Below are positions 1 through 13,110 of a DNA stretch of 64,000 nt, piece after piece. Source of the DNA: Octopus sinensis. Lineage: Eukaryota. Position numbers and translations under genes: made by a program. The notes below the pieces were generated by a model. That model saw nothing but the letters and a program-made list of their open reading frames with translations. It did not search any database and was not told where the DNA came from. The stretch is from assembly GCF_006345805.1 (NCBI RefSeq), contig NC_043007.1, positions 43,090,001 through 43,154,000 of the forward strand. The letters are read 5' to 3'. Numbering within the stretch: the first letter of the stretch is position 1; the number at the start of each line of letters is the position of its first letter.

Positions 1-35
1 TGATGATGATGATGATGATGATGATGGTTATTATT

Positions 36-67
<32 letters not shown>

Positions 68-569
68 AATTATTAAACATACCATTATTATTGAAATAAA
101 AAAAGTGGTGAACCAGCAGAACCGGCAGCACACCAGACAAAATGCTGAGCTGAATTTAGTCTTTCTTTATGATCTAAATTCAGATTTCACCAAGGTCTAC
201 ATTGTTTATTGTCTTTTCAGGGTCAATGAAATAAGTACTGAGCACTGGGGGTCAATGTAATTAACTATCCCCACCCCTCAGAACTTTCAGGCCTTGTGCC
301 TATAGTAGACAGGATTATTATGGCAATAAACAGTAATTATAAAAATATCCTTTTTTTTTATATATATATACCACAAGGATAATGGAAGGGAATGTATGAT
401 AATAATAATACTGCCGCAATCTTGACAGCTAACAGTTGTCAACTTAGAGCTATGATTTAGAGCCTGTGCTTAGAAGCAAAGTAGATTTAGAAACTGGTTC
501 CCAAGACAAGCACCAGAGAGGTACAGAAATATTGATTATTTTATCGTAACATCACAACCACCAGTTGCC

Positions 570-830
570 TGGTCGTCGTTGTCATCGTCTTCATCTTCGT
601 CTTCTTTTTCATCATCATCATCATCATCATCATCTTCTTCTTCTTCAACATCATCTTCTTCTTCATCTTCATCATCATCATCATCATCTTCTTCTTCATC
701 CTCATCATCATCATCATCATCTTCTTCTCCTTCTTCTTCCTCCACCACCACCACCACCACACCACATACACCATCACCACCACACCACCACCACCACACC
801 ACTACTACTACATGTAGTAGTAGTAGAAAA
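570..830. repeat. Compound trinucleotide microsatellite (TCA/TCT/CAC/ACT)
   Basis: Directly visible; it produces the poly-D/E, poly-S and poly-H ORFs. (TA)n, (CA)n, (GA)n and (ATT)n tracts occur throughout the window. Confidence 0.95.
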
Positions 831-1740
831 ATCCACTGCTATAACTTCTGGTAATGCTATCACCACAACTATAACTAGAAACTAGCGGTAGTATTGCACA
901 CCAACACCGTTACTATGAATACTACTACAACTGCTACTATTACTACTGCTAACACTGCCAGCAACATAAGCACTAGTTGATGCTACCTGTCTGGAGAGAA
1001 TAAAAATACACATTATGATGTAACATATTTTGTGATATAGAGAACAGTAAATATTGAACTACACTGCATGACAAATAAGAATGTGCTCTGTGTGTGTATG
1101 TGTATATATATATGTATGTGTGTGTTTGGTGTGTGTGTGTATATATATATATATATAACGTGTATAGGTACACACATATGCGCACATACACATGCATGTG
1201 GAGAAATTTATTATGAGGAAAATATTTTGGACGCAATTCATTTATAGATATACAGTCATTTATATAACTAGATGCATGTATGTATATATACATATATATC
1301 TCAAGATTAATCAGCCGAAATTGCTAGGATGATTCGGTTCTTGACTGAAGATTGAAGGCTTCGAATGTCCCGTCTGTGTTTTTTGTATCATCTTCTAAAT
1401 GTTTTATGTTCTTGTCCCAGTTTGTATTTTTCTACGTATAATATGTATATATATATATATATATATATATGTTTATATAGACACACATATATATATATAC
1501 ATAAACAAATATATATGTTTATATAGACATATATATATATATATATACACACATATATATACATATACATAATAGGCACAGGAGTGGCTGTGTGGTAAGA
1601 AGCTTGCTTCCCAACCACATGATTCTGGGTTCAGTCCCATTCCATGGCACCTTCTATCATAGTCTCAGGCTGACCAAAGCCTTGTGAGTGGATTTGGTAG
1701 ATGGAAACTGAAAGAAGCCTATCGTATGTGTGTGTGTGTA

Positions 1741-2619
1741 TAGGGTGCGATGGGTAAATTGTCACCATTTTATAGTTTTAATTCACACATGGAAATTGTT
1801 TGTTTTTAATTTTGTTGACTACACAGTATAGTAGGGTCAGTTGGGCACTATCTCTGAGAGAAATAGCACCATAACGCAATTCACTCTGCCAGAAATTTGG
1901 AAATGAGATGCTGTACTGCTTGGCACTCATACCAGAAGCTCTAATATGAACATTTCAGTGTGTTTGGGTGTCAATCCGAGGATAGTGCAATCTGAGGACA
2001 TGTACCAAGAGTGATAAAAATTAAACATCCAGTCAACATCATGGTGTTTGGAGTGATCACTAGTGATGGTGATGTTATGCCTTCATTCATCTTCTCACAT
2101 CCCTAAGACTCAACATGTAAGCCTACATCAAGTGCTTGGCGGAAGTAGTGCTACCTTAAGGTCAAGATGGTGGCTGCTGGAAGACCCTATGTCTGGTCAG
2201 AGGACTCTGTACCATACCATACAAGCAGGAGAACCCAGTCATGGCTGTCAGACAATTTCTGCAACCACATCACCCCTAACATTTGGCCATCAAACTCCCC
2301 AGACTGCAACACCCTTGATTATTATTCATGGGGTGCAGTTGAGCAAGAGACCAACAAAACTTCTTGTAAAACCAAAGATGAATTGAAGACAAGGATTATG
2401 GCAACATTTACCAACATAAACAAGAAGACTGTCCAGAAGAGTTGCATGAGATTCCAAAGTCATCTGGAGTCAGTGGTTGAAGCCAATGGTGATTTTATTC
2501 AATAAATTTACTCTTTAATATTTCAAGATATTTTCATGTAATAATATCTGTTAAAATGAGGTGTCAGTGTTATTTTCATTTTTGCATAATTCAAACAACA
2601 GTTTATTCACCACACCCTG
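1741..2619 (+). mobile_element. Internally deleted Tc1/mariner-superfamily transposon, DD37D (maT-type)
   Basis: ORF 2167-2505 carries EDSVPYH...WPSNSPDCNTLDYYSWG with 37 residues between the second and third D, ending VEANGDFI. Imperfect TIRs (t)agggtgcgatgggtaaattgt and acagtttattcaccacaccctg lie in TA-rich flanks. Confidence 0.88.
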
Positions 2620-2629
2620 TGTATGTATG

Positions 2630-2661
<32 letters not shown>

Positions 2662-3292
2662 CATGCATGCATACATATATGTGCATACACTCACATATAG
2701 AGACACCCATGCACACACACAATTCCACTGCATTTCCTCAAATCTTATTTATACAACTTTTTTGTTATTAAATCCATCTGTTAGTGTTAGTTTTCTTCAA
2801 TAAAACCTGAGCACAACTCATTTATATATTTACCCATATTCCATTTCTTGAACTGGAGATTTCTTGCAAGGTCACTTGATCACCTGCCTATATTAACCCC
2901 ACCACCACTGCCAACACCACTCCTATGCAGATGATAGCACCTTTTACTAAATAAACATCACACATATGCAGTCTAGACACCTCATGCCATACATGCAGTA
3001 CTTCTAGAACTTAAGAACATCCTCCACTTGGGATATAACAACTTTGCTACATACATTAGCACCAAAAAATCAACCAATAAGGTGGATCTCTTTCAACAAT
3101 GATAATTCAGTTGTTCAGTCAAATACTTTAACCTTGAGTAGTCTTATGTAGAAAGCCTTTGATCATAGGTCTGTTCATTCAGTGTGGACCACTGTCAAGA
3201 TGAACAACAAAGGAGAGGTCTCATTTCTTGTGAGAAAAAGATGTATACATAACCAGAAGCATAGATGTTAGTGCTGGGACAAATCACTGGAT

Positions 3293-3520
3293 TTAATCCT
3301 TTAACATTTAAACAAGGCATATCAGATCCAAATACTCTACTTGTTTTATGTTCAAACAGGCTAGATCTGGTCTTTCACACCTACCCTACAATGTCATTCT
3401 AAATGTAAACCATCACATCATTGAGCTCTCAAAGCTGCAGGATAATGCATGATTAATTCAAAACAATGTAAATATATAAGCATTACATTTGACAGAGTAA
3501 TCTGAATGCTAAAAGATTAA
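3293..3520. mobile_element. piggyBac-like MITE, family A
   Basis: ttaatcctttaacatt...aatgctaaaagattaa; a reverse-complement homolog of 56338-56559. Another copy lies at 54394-54619. Confidence 0.75.
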
Positions 3521-3742
3521 AAAAGAAGTAGGAAAGACAGTAGCTTGTGTCACCTGTCAAGGAATGATTCAAGATTAGTAATGATGAATAACAGAATATT
3601 TTTGATGAAGAAGAGTTTTTTTTTTTTTAAATAGAAAGATGACAGGTCCTTAGCAGATACCACTGTTTAGCAAAGAGAACTGAGAGGATGTTGTTAACAC
3701 TGATAAAAAATAACTTAAATCTGTTCTCTCTTCTTTATTTAT

Positions 3743-3807
<65 letters not shown>

Positions 3808-4652
3808 TTTCTCTTTAGTATGAAAGTAAACATAATTTTCCCAGACCATATACATCCCGACTGAAGTAGAGATTGTCATTCAGCTCTATGTCAGCTAATC
3901 CTCAACTGCACAGATTTATAATTAAAGACATTCCAGCCATGACTACACCATTTTATTTGTATATCCAGATCTACATTACCCAAAGTAATTCTGCTATACC
4001 GAAGATGCTAGAATGTGAATTGATTGCTATTATTTCTAGCAAATCTTGTAACCAAGGCTCCCTAATACAATATACCTTCTAGACCAGTCCTCAATCATTT
4101 TTTTACCTATGGACTTCTTTGATCCCTATTTTACTCAGATGGACCCCCATAGCCATTCAATGTTTAAAAAAATCCTTTTATAATTAAATATTATTAGGAA
4201 TTGTATTTAAAAAAGTTTTAAAATATTTGATATATTATAGAAGTATAAACAATTTATTGCACATAAATTCTAACAAAAAATCTTATATGGACACCCAAGA
4301 GCCATATGGACTCTGACTGAGAACCACTGAAGACTAACAGAGTTACCATCTTTTTGAGATAGCACTTTTTTTTTTAATCAAGTCAGTCAACCTTTATTTC
4401 ACTTGAGTCATTATGTTAATTAGCTACAAGTCAGCTCTGAACAAATAAACTTATGATCCAAAGGCACTCCAGACATTCATTTAGGGATTTTAAGCACACT
4501 GCATCACCTTACCATTTTCTCATTGTGGTATGGTAGGATCTGAGGTAGGTTTAGTTACTATTTCAAGCACATTGAATGACTATAAGGAGGCTTCCTCCTT
4601 GAAACAGATTGATAGTAAAAAGACGCTACCTCTAGAAGATACATTGTTTTAA

Positions 4653-4836
4653 GTTCTATATTTAAGAGATGAGAAATTATGTACATTATTTACATTAATT
4701 ACATTTGATGGGTATTTGTCCTCATCTTGTTTGTTGTTAACATGCTTTGGCTAATTTACCCTCCAACTTTCATCAGGTGTCTTGGGGAAATTTCAAACCT
4801 GGGTTCTCATTCCTAAGGTATTTTTCAATGTTTTTG

Positions 4837-4870
<34 letters not shown>

Positions 4871-4973
4871 TCAGGGCACTGCTTGGAATCGAACTCAGAA
4901 TCTTGGGGTTAGTAGCCTGCGCTCTTAACCACTACGCCATATGCCCACAGGCATATGGCGTAGTGGGCAGAGA

Positions 4974-5015
<42 letters not shown>

Positions 5016-5181
5016 CAATAATAATAACAACAACATCACGAAAAATACCTTAGGAATGAGAACCCAGGTTCGAAGTTTCCCCAAGACACCTGATGAAGGT
5101 TGGAGAATATATCAGCCGAAATGTGTTAACAACTAAGATGAGGACAAATATCCATCAAATGTAATTAATGTAAATAATGTA
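4653..5181. mobile_element. Foldback element: tRNA-like head, (AAT)n and hammerhead-like motif in head-to-head arms
   Basis: Arms ~4682-4945 and 4950-5181 are reverse complements. tRNA-like 4872-4946 (-). gacac-CTGATGA...GAAA...gtgtt at 5085-5127 (+), with a decayed mirror at 4739-4781 (-). Confidence 0.75.
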
Positions 5182-6564
5182 TAGTTGAAATAGTCTCTGA
5201 ACTTTTAGATTTGGCAGTGTTTAAAAAACAAGCCTTGGTGTGGAGTTGGTGGGGGGGACAGATGAAATAGGATTTATCAACTTTAACAGCAGTGAGAAAT
5301 GAAAGAGTAAAACCAAACTAGCAGAAATGTATGTGGGTGGGATTGATTTAGTTGTGCTAAAGGGGGAGGGAGTAGTGGCAGTGTTGGTGATGAGAGGTGG
5401 GGTGACATTGTAAGAGGAGGAGATGGTTCTAGCAGCTGAAATTGGTGGAAATGTAAATGAATGCAAAATAAAAATGATATCCCAGCCCCATCCTCAAACT
5501 CAAACCAACAATATGAACACAGGAATATTAATTCTTAAAAGATGAAGAATAAAACAAAAAATAAAACACTTAATTTTTGTTTTAAATATATGTTGTTTTT
5601 TAAAGGAAAACTAATAGAGAGGAGTTATAATTTATTATAAAGAACAATTGTTGAACAGCTTCCGGTTATTTTGGTTGCCTTTATAGACTTACGTACATGA
5701 CATTTAACAAAGTTCTTAAGAGATTAAGGGTTATCACATGCCAAATGGTACAGGTCAAATATGAGTGACCCCAGGTTGGATTGATTGCCAAGGAGGATGG
5801 AGGTTTAGAACTGTTTAGGGTAGAGTAGTAGAAAGAGAGGAGAATATTTTAGTGCTTTATCTTCTTCATTGCCCCTGTCAATTTAATATAGGATGATGAT
5901 GGCAGGAGCACACACACATACACACACACACACACACACATACACACGTCTGTGTATTCACACACAAAAACACAATATAGAAATATATATACATAAAATT
6001 ACACAAACATATACATAAATACAATCCCCTCAAACCTAATAAATAAATATATAAAAACACAGCTGATGCTAGCTACTTAATCAGAGCAAGTGACAAATGC
6101 CATGGCAACAAGCCAGAAAGCTATGAAAAATGAAACTAATAAAAGGCAAAATAAATCAATAAGTAAAATAAGAAATCCTTATTTTTACAACCAAAAACAC
6201 TGTTTATTAAGTAATTAAAGACAATTAAACTATAAGGTTATATTTAATTATCTCTAGTCTACAATCTATTCAAATGTAATTAATAAAATGGATAAAAAAA
6301 AAAACAAGAAACAAAACAAGTATTTTATCCAGAGTGGTGTTTGTTTTAAACTGTTAGAGATTTATAGTAAAGGCCACTTTAAACTTAAATCACCATGAAT
6401 TTCTGGAGCTTAGATGAGTGTTTACCTAAATTTATAGTAGGCCTTACGCTTTGGGACTAAGAACTCAATCTGGTTAAAGACCTATGCCAATATTGACTGT
6501 TTCCGTACAAACACTTCTTGCACAACTTAAACTAGACAGGCTATATAAAATATACATTATTTTA

Positions 6565-6779
6565 TCAATCCCTTTGATACCAACCTGCCTGAGACCATCC
6601 TTTGCTCTATGATGTAAACTTCCTGTTTTAAAGTGATCCAGATTAAAATTTTCCAACAAAATCTCATGCTAATTTGTTTTAAGCAACAGCTTAATTATGA
6701 TAGCTTTCAATTATTTCAAAAAATTAAATAGAAACAAAGGCAGTTGTAGCCAACATAAATATAGCAACAAAATGGTTAA
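6565..6779. mobile_element. piggyBac-like MITE, family B (decayed)
   Basis: ccctttgataccaacc...aaatggttaa is homologous to the reverse complement of 56112-56341. Another copy lies at ~46940-47170 and a partial one at ~10735-10830. Confidence 0.65.
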
Positions 6780-8886
6780 TATAGTTAAAAACGATCACTT
6801 TCCAAGGAAAGATTGAGCAGAGCAACAGATCTGTTTGTTTCAAGTCTCCAATTCATCATCCATTTGATATGTGTTTTTTGCTTCTAAAATGTGGACAGAT
6901 GCACCCCTTCTATCAATATAGCTTCAATTTTCTTTTGTCCAGTATGTTAACTGACATATTTCTATATACTGTTAATGTAGGTGCCACTGTACTGTGTAGC
7001 ATATTCAATAGTTTGTAAATCAATAATCTGTAAACTAGGATGATAAACTCCTTTTTGATTAACATTTTAAATATCCTTCCCTCATTGACATAATATCTAA
7101 TGTCTTTGAAAAAGTCATGAATGTCAGAAATTCCTGCAATTCTTCCAGTTCTCATATGTTAAGTCTATATATATAAAAAAGAAGAAAACTTTACTAATTA
7201 TTTCCTTATGCAAAAGCATGACCATTATAGATCGTTTTCCTCTTCTGAACTTTTTATATGGATTTATATGTATGTATTAGTAGAAGGGCTGCATCTGACT
7301 GCATTTTATGATGCAAGAACAACAGTAGTTAGTGTAGTACACAATCAGTTGATCATTAACAAGAGTTCATTATCCCTTTCAAACACAAAAATTAAGTTTT
7401 GGGGATTTTTTTATTAACTTCAAATAGTATTTTCATAATGGCTACATTTTCAGATGACAGATTTCTTCAACTGCTTCGTTAATCCTCTGTTCCTCTACTA
7501 GCTTTTAATATTTACCAGTCCTTAAGGCAGTTAACTGGCAGAATCTTAGCACACTGGGCAAAATGCTTAGCGGCATTTCCTCAGTTCAAACTCCACCAAG
7601 GTCAGCTTTGCCTTTCATCCTTTGTGTTGATAAAATAAGCATCAGTTGCGCACTGGGGTCAATGTAATTGACTTAACCACTTCCCTGAAATTGCTGGCCT
7701 TGTAGGCTAAAATTTGAAATCAATATTTACCATTCCTTAAGACAGCAAGCTGGAAGAATCATTAGTACACCAGGCAAAATCTTTCCAAAGTCAATAAAAT
7801 AAGTACCACTTGAGCATTAGTGGGATGCAATGTAATTGACATAACCCCTCCCCCAAAAAACAACATTGTTGTTGTTGTTGTTGTCTTATAAATGATTTAC
7901 CTGCTAGGGAGGACATAAAAAAATACAATTCTTAAACTATTGTTGATCAACTTGTGTCAAACTCCATGTAATGTCAGGAGTAAAAATTAACCAAGTAGTT
8001 AGCTTGCAATATGGGGTTTTGAGAGATAAATTACTGTTGTTACTTAACCCTAGGTCAACTTTTATTGAACAGAGACCTAAGATCAAAAGTACTCAAATTC
8101 TGACTATTTTCTTCTTCGTATATAGTGTATCTTGGAAAACAATACACGATATGCTTTTTATTTTAAGACAGTAAGGTTATGTAAAGGCTATCCTTATTGG
8201 CTCACCAGTGTATATATATATATTATTTACATTATTTAGAATGCATATATAGATCATGTTTGCAGCATCCTTTCTTTCAGCTGATTATTTTGACCAAGCA
8301 GCAGCTCAGAATGAAACATAGATCCAGAGATAGAGTCTCACATTTAGACTGCTTTTAAGAGCTCTTAGCCATTTTCCATTATATTTTTATAGTAAGGATA
8401 TTTATGACTGTCTGTTCGAAAAGGCAAGTTTAATGAATGACAAGGTGGTTTATTTTGAGCAGAGAGAAAGCCAAACATGTCCACAACTGTCCTCTTGTCT
8501 GCAGACAATAAGCCAACTATTTTTCTCATGTCTATGAAGAAGTTTTCTTGAACAAAACCACAACATCGTGCCTCTCAACAGTGTATATAGATTAAGTATG
8601 ATACATAAATGGCGATTTTAACGTAATGCTGTTTCAATTGTGCATACCTTGTTTTTGTTCAGCTTGGTAGTTATTCACAATATCAGTGAATGTATCCTAT
8701 ATTTGAGGGGAAAGATTTTGTTTAGGCAAGGTCTAGCAAGTACATACTATTGACAAGGCCTAAGAAGATCAAAATGCATCTGGTATTCTTGTAAATCACT
8801 GCTTAAATGATTTTCCTCTCAGACAAAAACCACATCATGTTTCTCAACAGTGTATATAAGTTAGATAGCCAGATGTATACCTGTAT

Positions 8887-8934
<48 letters not shown>

Positions 8935-8937
<3 letters not shown>

Positions 8938-9350
8938 GGCACAGATATGGTTGTGTTGGTAAATAGCTCACTTCCACATAGTTTCAAGTCCAGTCCCACT
9001 GCATAGCAATTTGGGTAAGTGTCATCTAGTGTAGCCCCAAGCTGACTAACGCTTTGGTAGAAAGAAACTACTAAAAGAAGCCACCCTCTATGCACATGGG
9101 TACATGTGTATCTTTTTGTCTTGACATCCTGTGATGGTTGTAAGTAAATGTCACCGTCATACAAGCAGTGTTGTGAATTTCCAGTCTTCCATGAAAACAT
9201 GTCCAGACAAAAGGAAATATTAACCTTACTTGGGAACAAGTGAAGATTGATGACAGGAAGAACATCCAGCTGTAAGAAATCTTCCTCAATAATTCCATTT
9301 GATGCATGCAAGCTGGGTAAAGAGGACATCAAAATGATGATATGATGATT
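8935..9350 (+). mobile_element. tRNA-headed SINE ending in an RTE-like 3' tail
   Basis: Decayed tRNA/CORE-like head 8935-9080, then aggaagaacatccagctgt...catgcaagc...aaaatgatgat, shared with the RTE UTR copies. Related copies at ~46412-46795 (+), ~57790-58020 (-) and ~39660-39890 (-). Confidence 0.7.
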
Positions 9351-11708
9351 TTATAATTTCTATATTCTCTAACATTGTTCATACCAAAAAAAAAATTAAC
9401 CTTATGTTCATCAAAAGAGAATTAATACCTAAAGACTTGTAACAACAAAAGGACAAAGGTGAAAGAGAAGTCAATGATAAAAATTTTTGAAAATGAGAAT
9501 GAAACTAAAAAAAAAGGGAAAAAAACAACAAAAGTGACTGTTTATACCTCCTAAACCTTAATCTTAATTTAGCTTCCTATTATATGAGTAAAAAGTGAAA
9601 GGAAAGAAAGTTTTTAAACGGGATAATCTGAATACTAGAAACTTATACAAAAGTTGATAGGTTAAATAGCTGAGCTATAAACATATAAGAACATTGGCAA
9701 AAATTAATCTGAGGGATTATATCAGCTAAAGCACTAAATAGATTTGCATTAGAGATAAATAATCTTGAAGAATGAAATTTGCTAAATAATTCAAAGAATG
9801 AAATATTTTACTCTAAATGGTTCTGTGATTAATCACAGTATCAGGAACATTTATTTAGGTGGGTGACTATATGATTCAACAACTCTATGCATTCACATCC
9901 TATAAAAACTGATTTAGTCTTATACCTTTCTCAGGGATGATGAAACATATTTTTGTTATAATAGCTGGGACAATTAATTAAATTAATAAGGGATAAGAGT
10001 GACTTGATGTCTACCAAGAGAACAAAGTCAGATAACAAAGAGATCATCATTTCTCTCCTACACTTATCTAGTAGAAATATTCAAGTTCAGCCTCTTCAAT
10101 CAATATCTGTAGACAATTTCTGAAGTCAATATTATTAGGTTGTGTATTATGAACTGAACAGGATATGACTATCCAGCTGACATCCTCATCAGTTTGGTAC
10201 CATTCAGTGAGCATATCCTTATATTGATTACATCTATCCTGCCCACATCTAAAAGTTATTTTAATCTAGACTAGTCTATATCATTAACTCTTTCTGATCA
10301 TTTTTCTCATAAAGCTATATTCATTCATTTTATATCCACTTTTCCATGAGTTGGATGAATATGTTATTTTAGACATTGTTTTACAGCCAGATACCCTTCT
10401 TTGCACTAACCCTTATCAGTTTTCAAGCAAGAGATCACTTGTATCACACAGCTTCAATGATACAAGATTTTCAAACAATTTGATGACGGGAAAAAACTGA
10501 CAACACTGCCCATTGTATTTTTGTATAAAAAATCGCAAACGTAAACACACACACTCTCTCTTACACACACACACGCAAATATTTATAGTATATGATGGTA
10601 TTCTTTCAGTTTCCACTGACCAAAAACTTTGGTCAGTCCTGGACTGTAGTAGGTAACAATTGCCCAAAGGGCCATGCAGAGGGACTGAAACTAAAACCAA
10701 ATGATTGAGAAGTGAATAATCAACAATTTGTAGGGATTTGATAAAATAATTAAGTTTGGCATTATTAAACTGGTGTTTGGAACATAACTTAACAAAGAGA
10801 TTCATATAGAAAATAATAAAAGGTTTCAATTTATATATGAATATATTAAAAGAAGAGGTTTCACATCATAAAACCATAGACAATCTTAAGTGGATTGTAT
10901 CTCACATATCCAAGTCAATACTGATGATCTATATGTACACATATTCAGTAAAGACCTATACCTAGAAAGTTCTAATTTAGGCAAGATTACTCAAATTTGT
11001 ATAAACTTGTATATAGTTGGATGAATATAAGAAATTACATGCATGAGTGTATCTTATGTAACATTTTCATACTATGGGTAGTAGATGTAGTTATGCCTGA
11101 TTAAGTACAAAGTAACAGAAAAATATAACGAAGGAGTGGATATTAGATGTTTGTGATGACTAAACATATCTTTAGTCATCCCAGATCATAGACATTTTTC
11201 AGAATTTTACTTGGGCAGTAAAACCATAACATAGTGGAGTAGCATGCCAGGAAGCTTTTGCATGTGTAAGTTTCCAGAGAAGCTCTTCCACCAATTGTTT
11301 CTAACCTGTTCACAGTGGTATTGCAACAGTAGGTATAAACATTGCTTTGTGAGAGGTGCAGCTATTTCAAATGAGTTCCTTTGGTGGTAATATACATTAA
11401 TCTTGATCTTTAGTAATTTAATGACAGATTTTCCCCTGGCCTAAACTTTCTCAAAACTTAAATCAGTAACAGTTGACAGTTATTAGTTACTTTCATATTG
11501 TATCATAATATTACCATCATGTTGTCATTTTGCAGTAAATCAAAGGTAATTTATTGTTGCAATCCACACTTTCCCATTTCCTTTCTCACATAAATCCAAA
11601 GAATTGTGTTAAGGTTAAAAAAAAAAAAAAGATTAATAATCATAACTGTTTCACTTCATTTTTGGATTTGGTTTGCAAGGTTCTTTACATGAGTTCGTGT
11701 GTTGAAGC

Positions 11709-11913
11709 ATACTCTGTTGTGTCTGGGGAGAGCTTTTTTTTTGTGCCTAATAATGTAACACACTCACCGGTAAAATTTCCACTTATTTCTTTTCTTTTTT
11801 TTCCTAAAATTTTAGGAAAATAAAAATAAGAAATAAGTGGAAATTTTACCGGTGAGTGTGTTACATTATTAGGTACAAAAAGAAAATGACTCTCCCCAGA
11901 CACAACAGAATAT
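11709..11913. repeat. ~205-bp spacerless palindrome
   Basis: Centre cctaaaa|ttttagg at 11809/11810. Arms contain taataatgtaacacactcaccggtaaaatttccacttatttct and its exact reverse complement. Confidence 0.9.
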
Positions 11914-12877
11914 TCCACTTCACTTGCATCATGAATACCTTTGAGAAAAGTATGAGTGTCACAAAATCTTTTTACCTTCCTTAAAGATCTGCAGTCCCTT
12001 TATCTACTAGAATTGCATCCATGCTCCCCAAATTATGTTCTATCAGTTTGAAAAATAGAAAGACACATCATATCATTTAAATTTAGATATATAAAAAGAC
12101 ACGAAGATCAAGGTTAGACTGTCTCTGATCGTATATCAGCTTGATCAAAACTGACCTGGAGCTAAATAATAATGTATGTGGATAATGTAATCCTGGATAC
12201 ATTATGCCAAAACAAACTAGAAAAGGAACTGGTTTTGATGAAGAAATGGTTGAATGATGAAAAGGTGACAGAAAAAAGAAAACACTGAGCATAAAACTTT
12301 GAAGGTAATAAACCTCTGCAAAAGAAATGCAAAATGCACATGTGTGGAAACAGAAAAACAAAGCACCAAAATCTCACTCAAACATACCTTAGACCATAAC
12401 AAAATGCAACATAGAAAACTAAAAATATCACCAGTGTATTTCTATAAAAGATTTTCACACCAACATCAATCTTGTCTCATTATGACTGCTACAAAAATAA
12501 CCAATACATTAAAAGCCAAGAAAATCACAGATGAAATACAGAGCCACAACCAAAGCAGTCTTTGTACACAAAGCAACCATAATATATAAAAGCTAAATTC
12601 ACTGCATGACAACACTAACAAGTTAATAGAAAAAAGACCATTTGCAGGAAAAAGCATTTCATTATGCACTGGTATCCATATTTCAAACTATAATGGAAGC
12701 CTTATAACATACATAAATGTCAAACATACATAAAATTCTATTCTGTATCTAATACCTAGCTATCATAAATGACAAACACCAATAGTGCATGACAACACAC
12801 TAGAGCTCTGTATACAATTAGTTCATTATTTCTATAAATGCAAACATTCAGAATAATGGCCAACGTCACAAAATACA

Positions 12878-13110
12878 TTAACCCTCTCAGACCTGTGTTC
12901 CTGTGTCTGACTTTACCCTCTACCTGGGCTCCTGAGCAAAAAAAAAAGAATAAATAGCTCAAGAGTAACAATTACAGGCAAACTAATGGGCAGAATCAGC
13001 TGCATCTTCTTTTTCTACATGTGTTGCTCATTACTGTTTCACCAAGAATCCGGCAGCGATGACATTTAACCTATTCCCACCATAGCAGGAATACAGTGTG
13101 ACAGGGTTAA
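12878..13110. mobile_element. piggyBac-like MITE, third family
   Basis: Imperfect TIRs ttaaccctctcagacctgtgttcctg and caggaatacagtgtgacagggttaa, with TTAA at both ends. Confidence 0.65.

Noticed and set aside
3-885. Poly-M/I, poly-D/E, poly-S and poly-H ORFs
   Set aside because: Translations of trinucleotide microsatellites that are open in many frames, with no splice or domain support.
4872-4946. tRNA-like sequence as a real tRNA gene
   Set aside because: Anticodon, T and acceptor stems pair poorly and it is embedded in a repeat, so it is treated as a SINE-like head.
12756-12971. Minus-strand acceptor-like ttttttttgctcag followed by an ORF
   Set aside because: In the phase required by the CELSR exon it stops after a few codons, and it lies inside a TTAA-flanked MITE.
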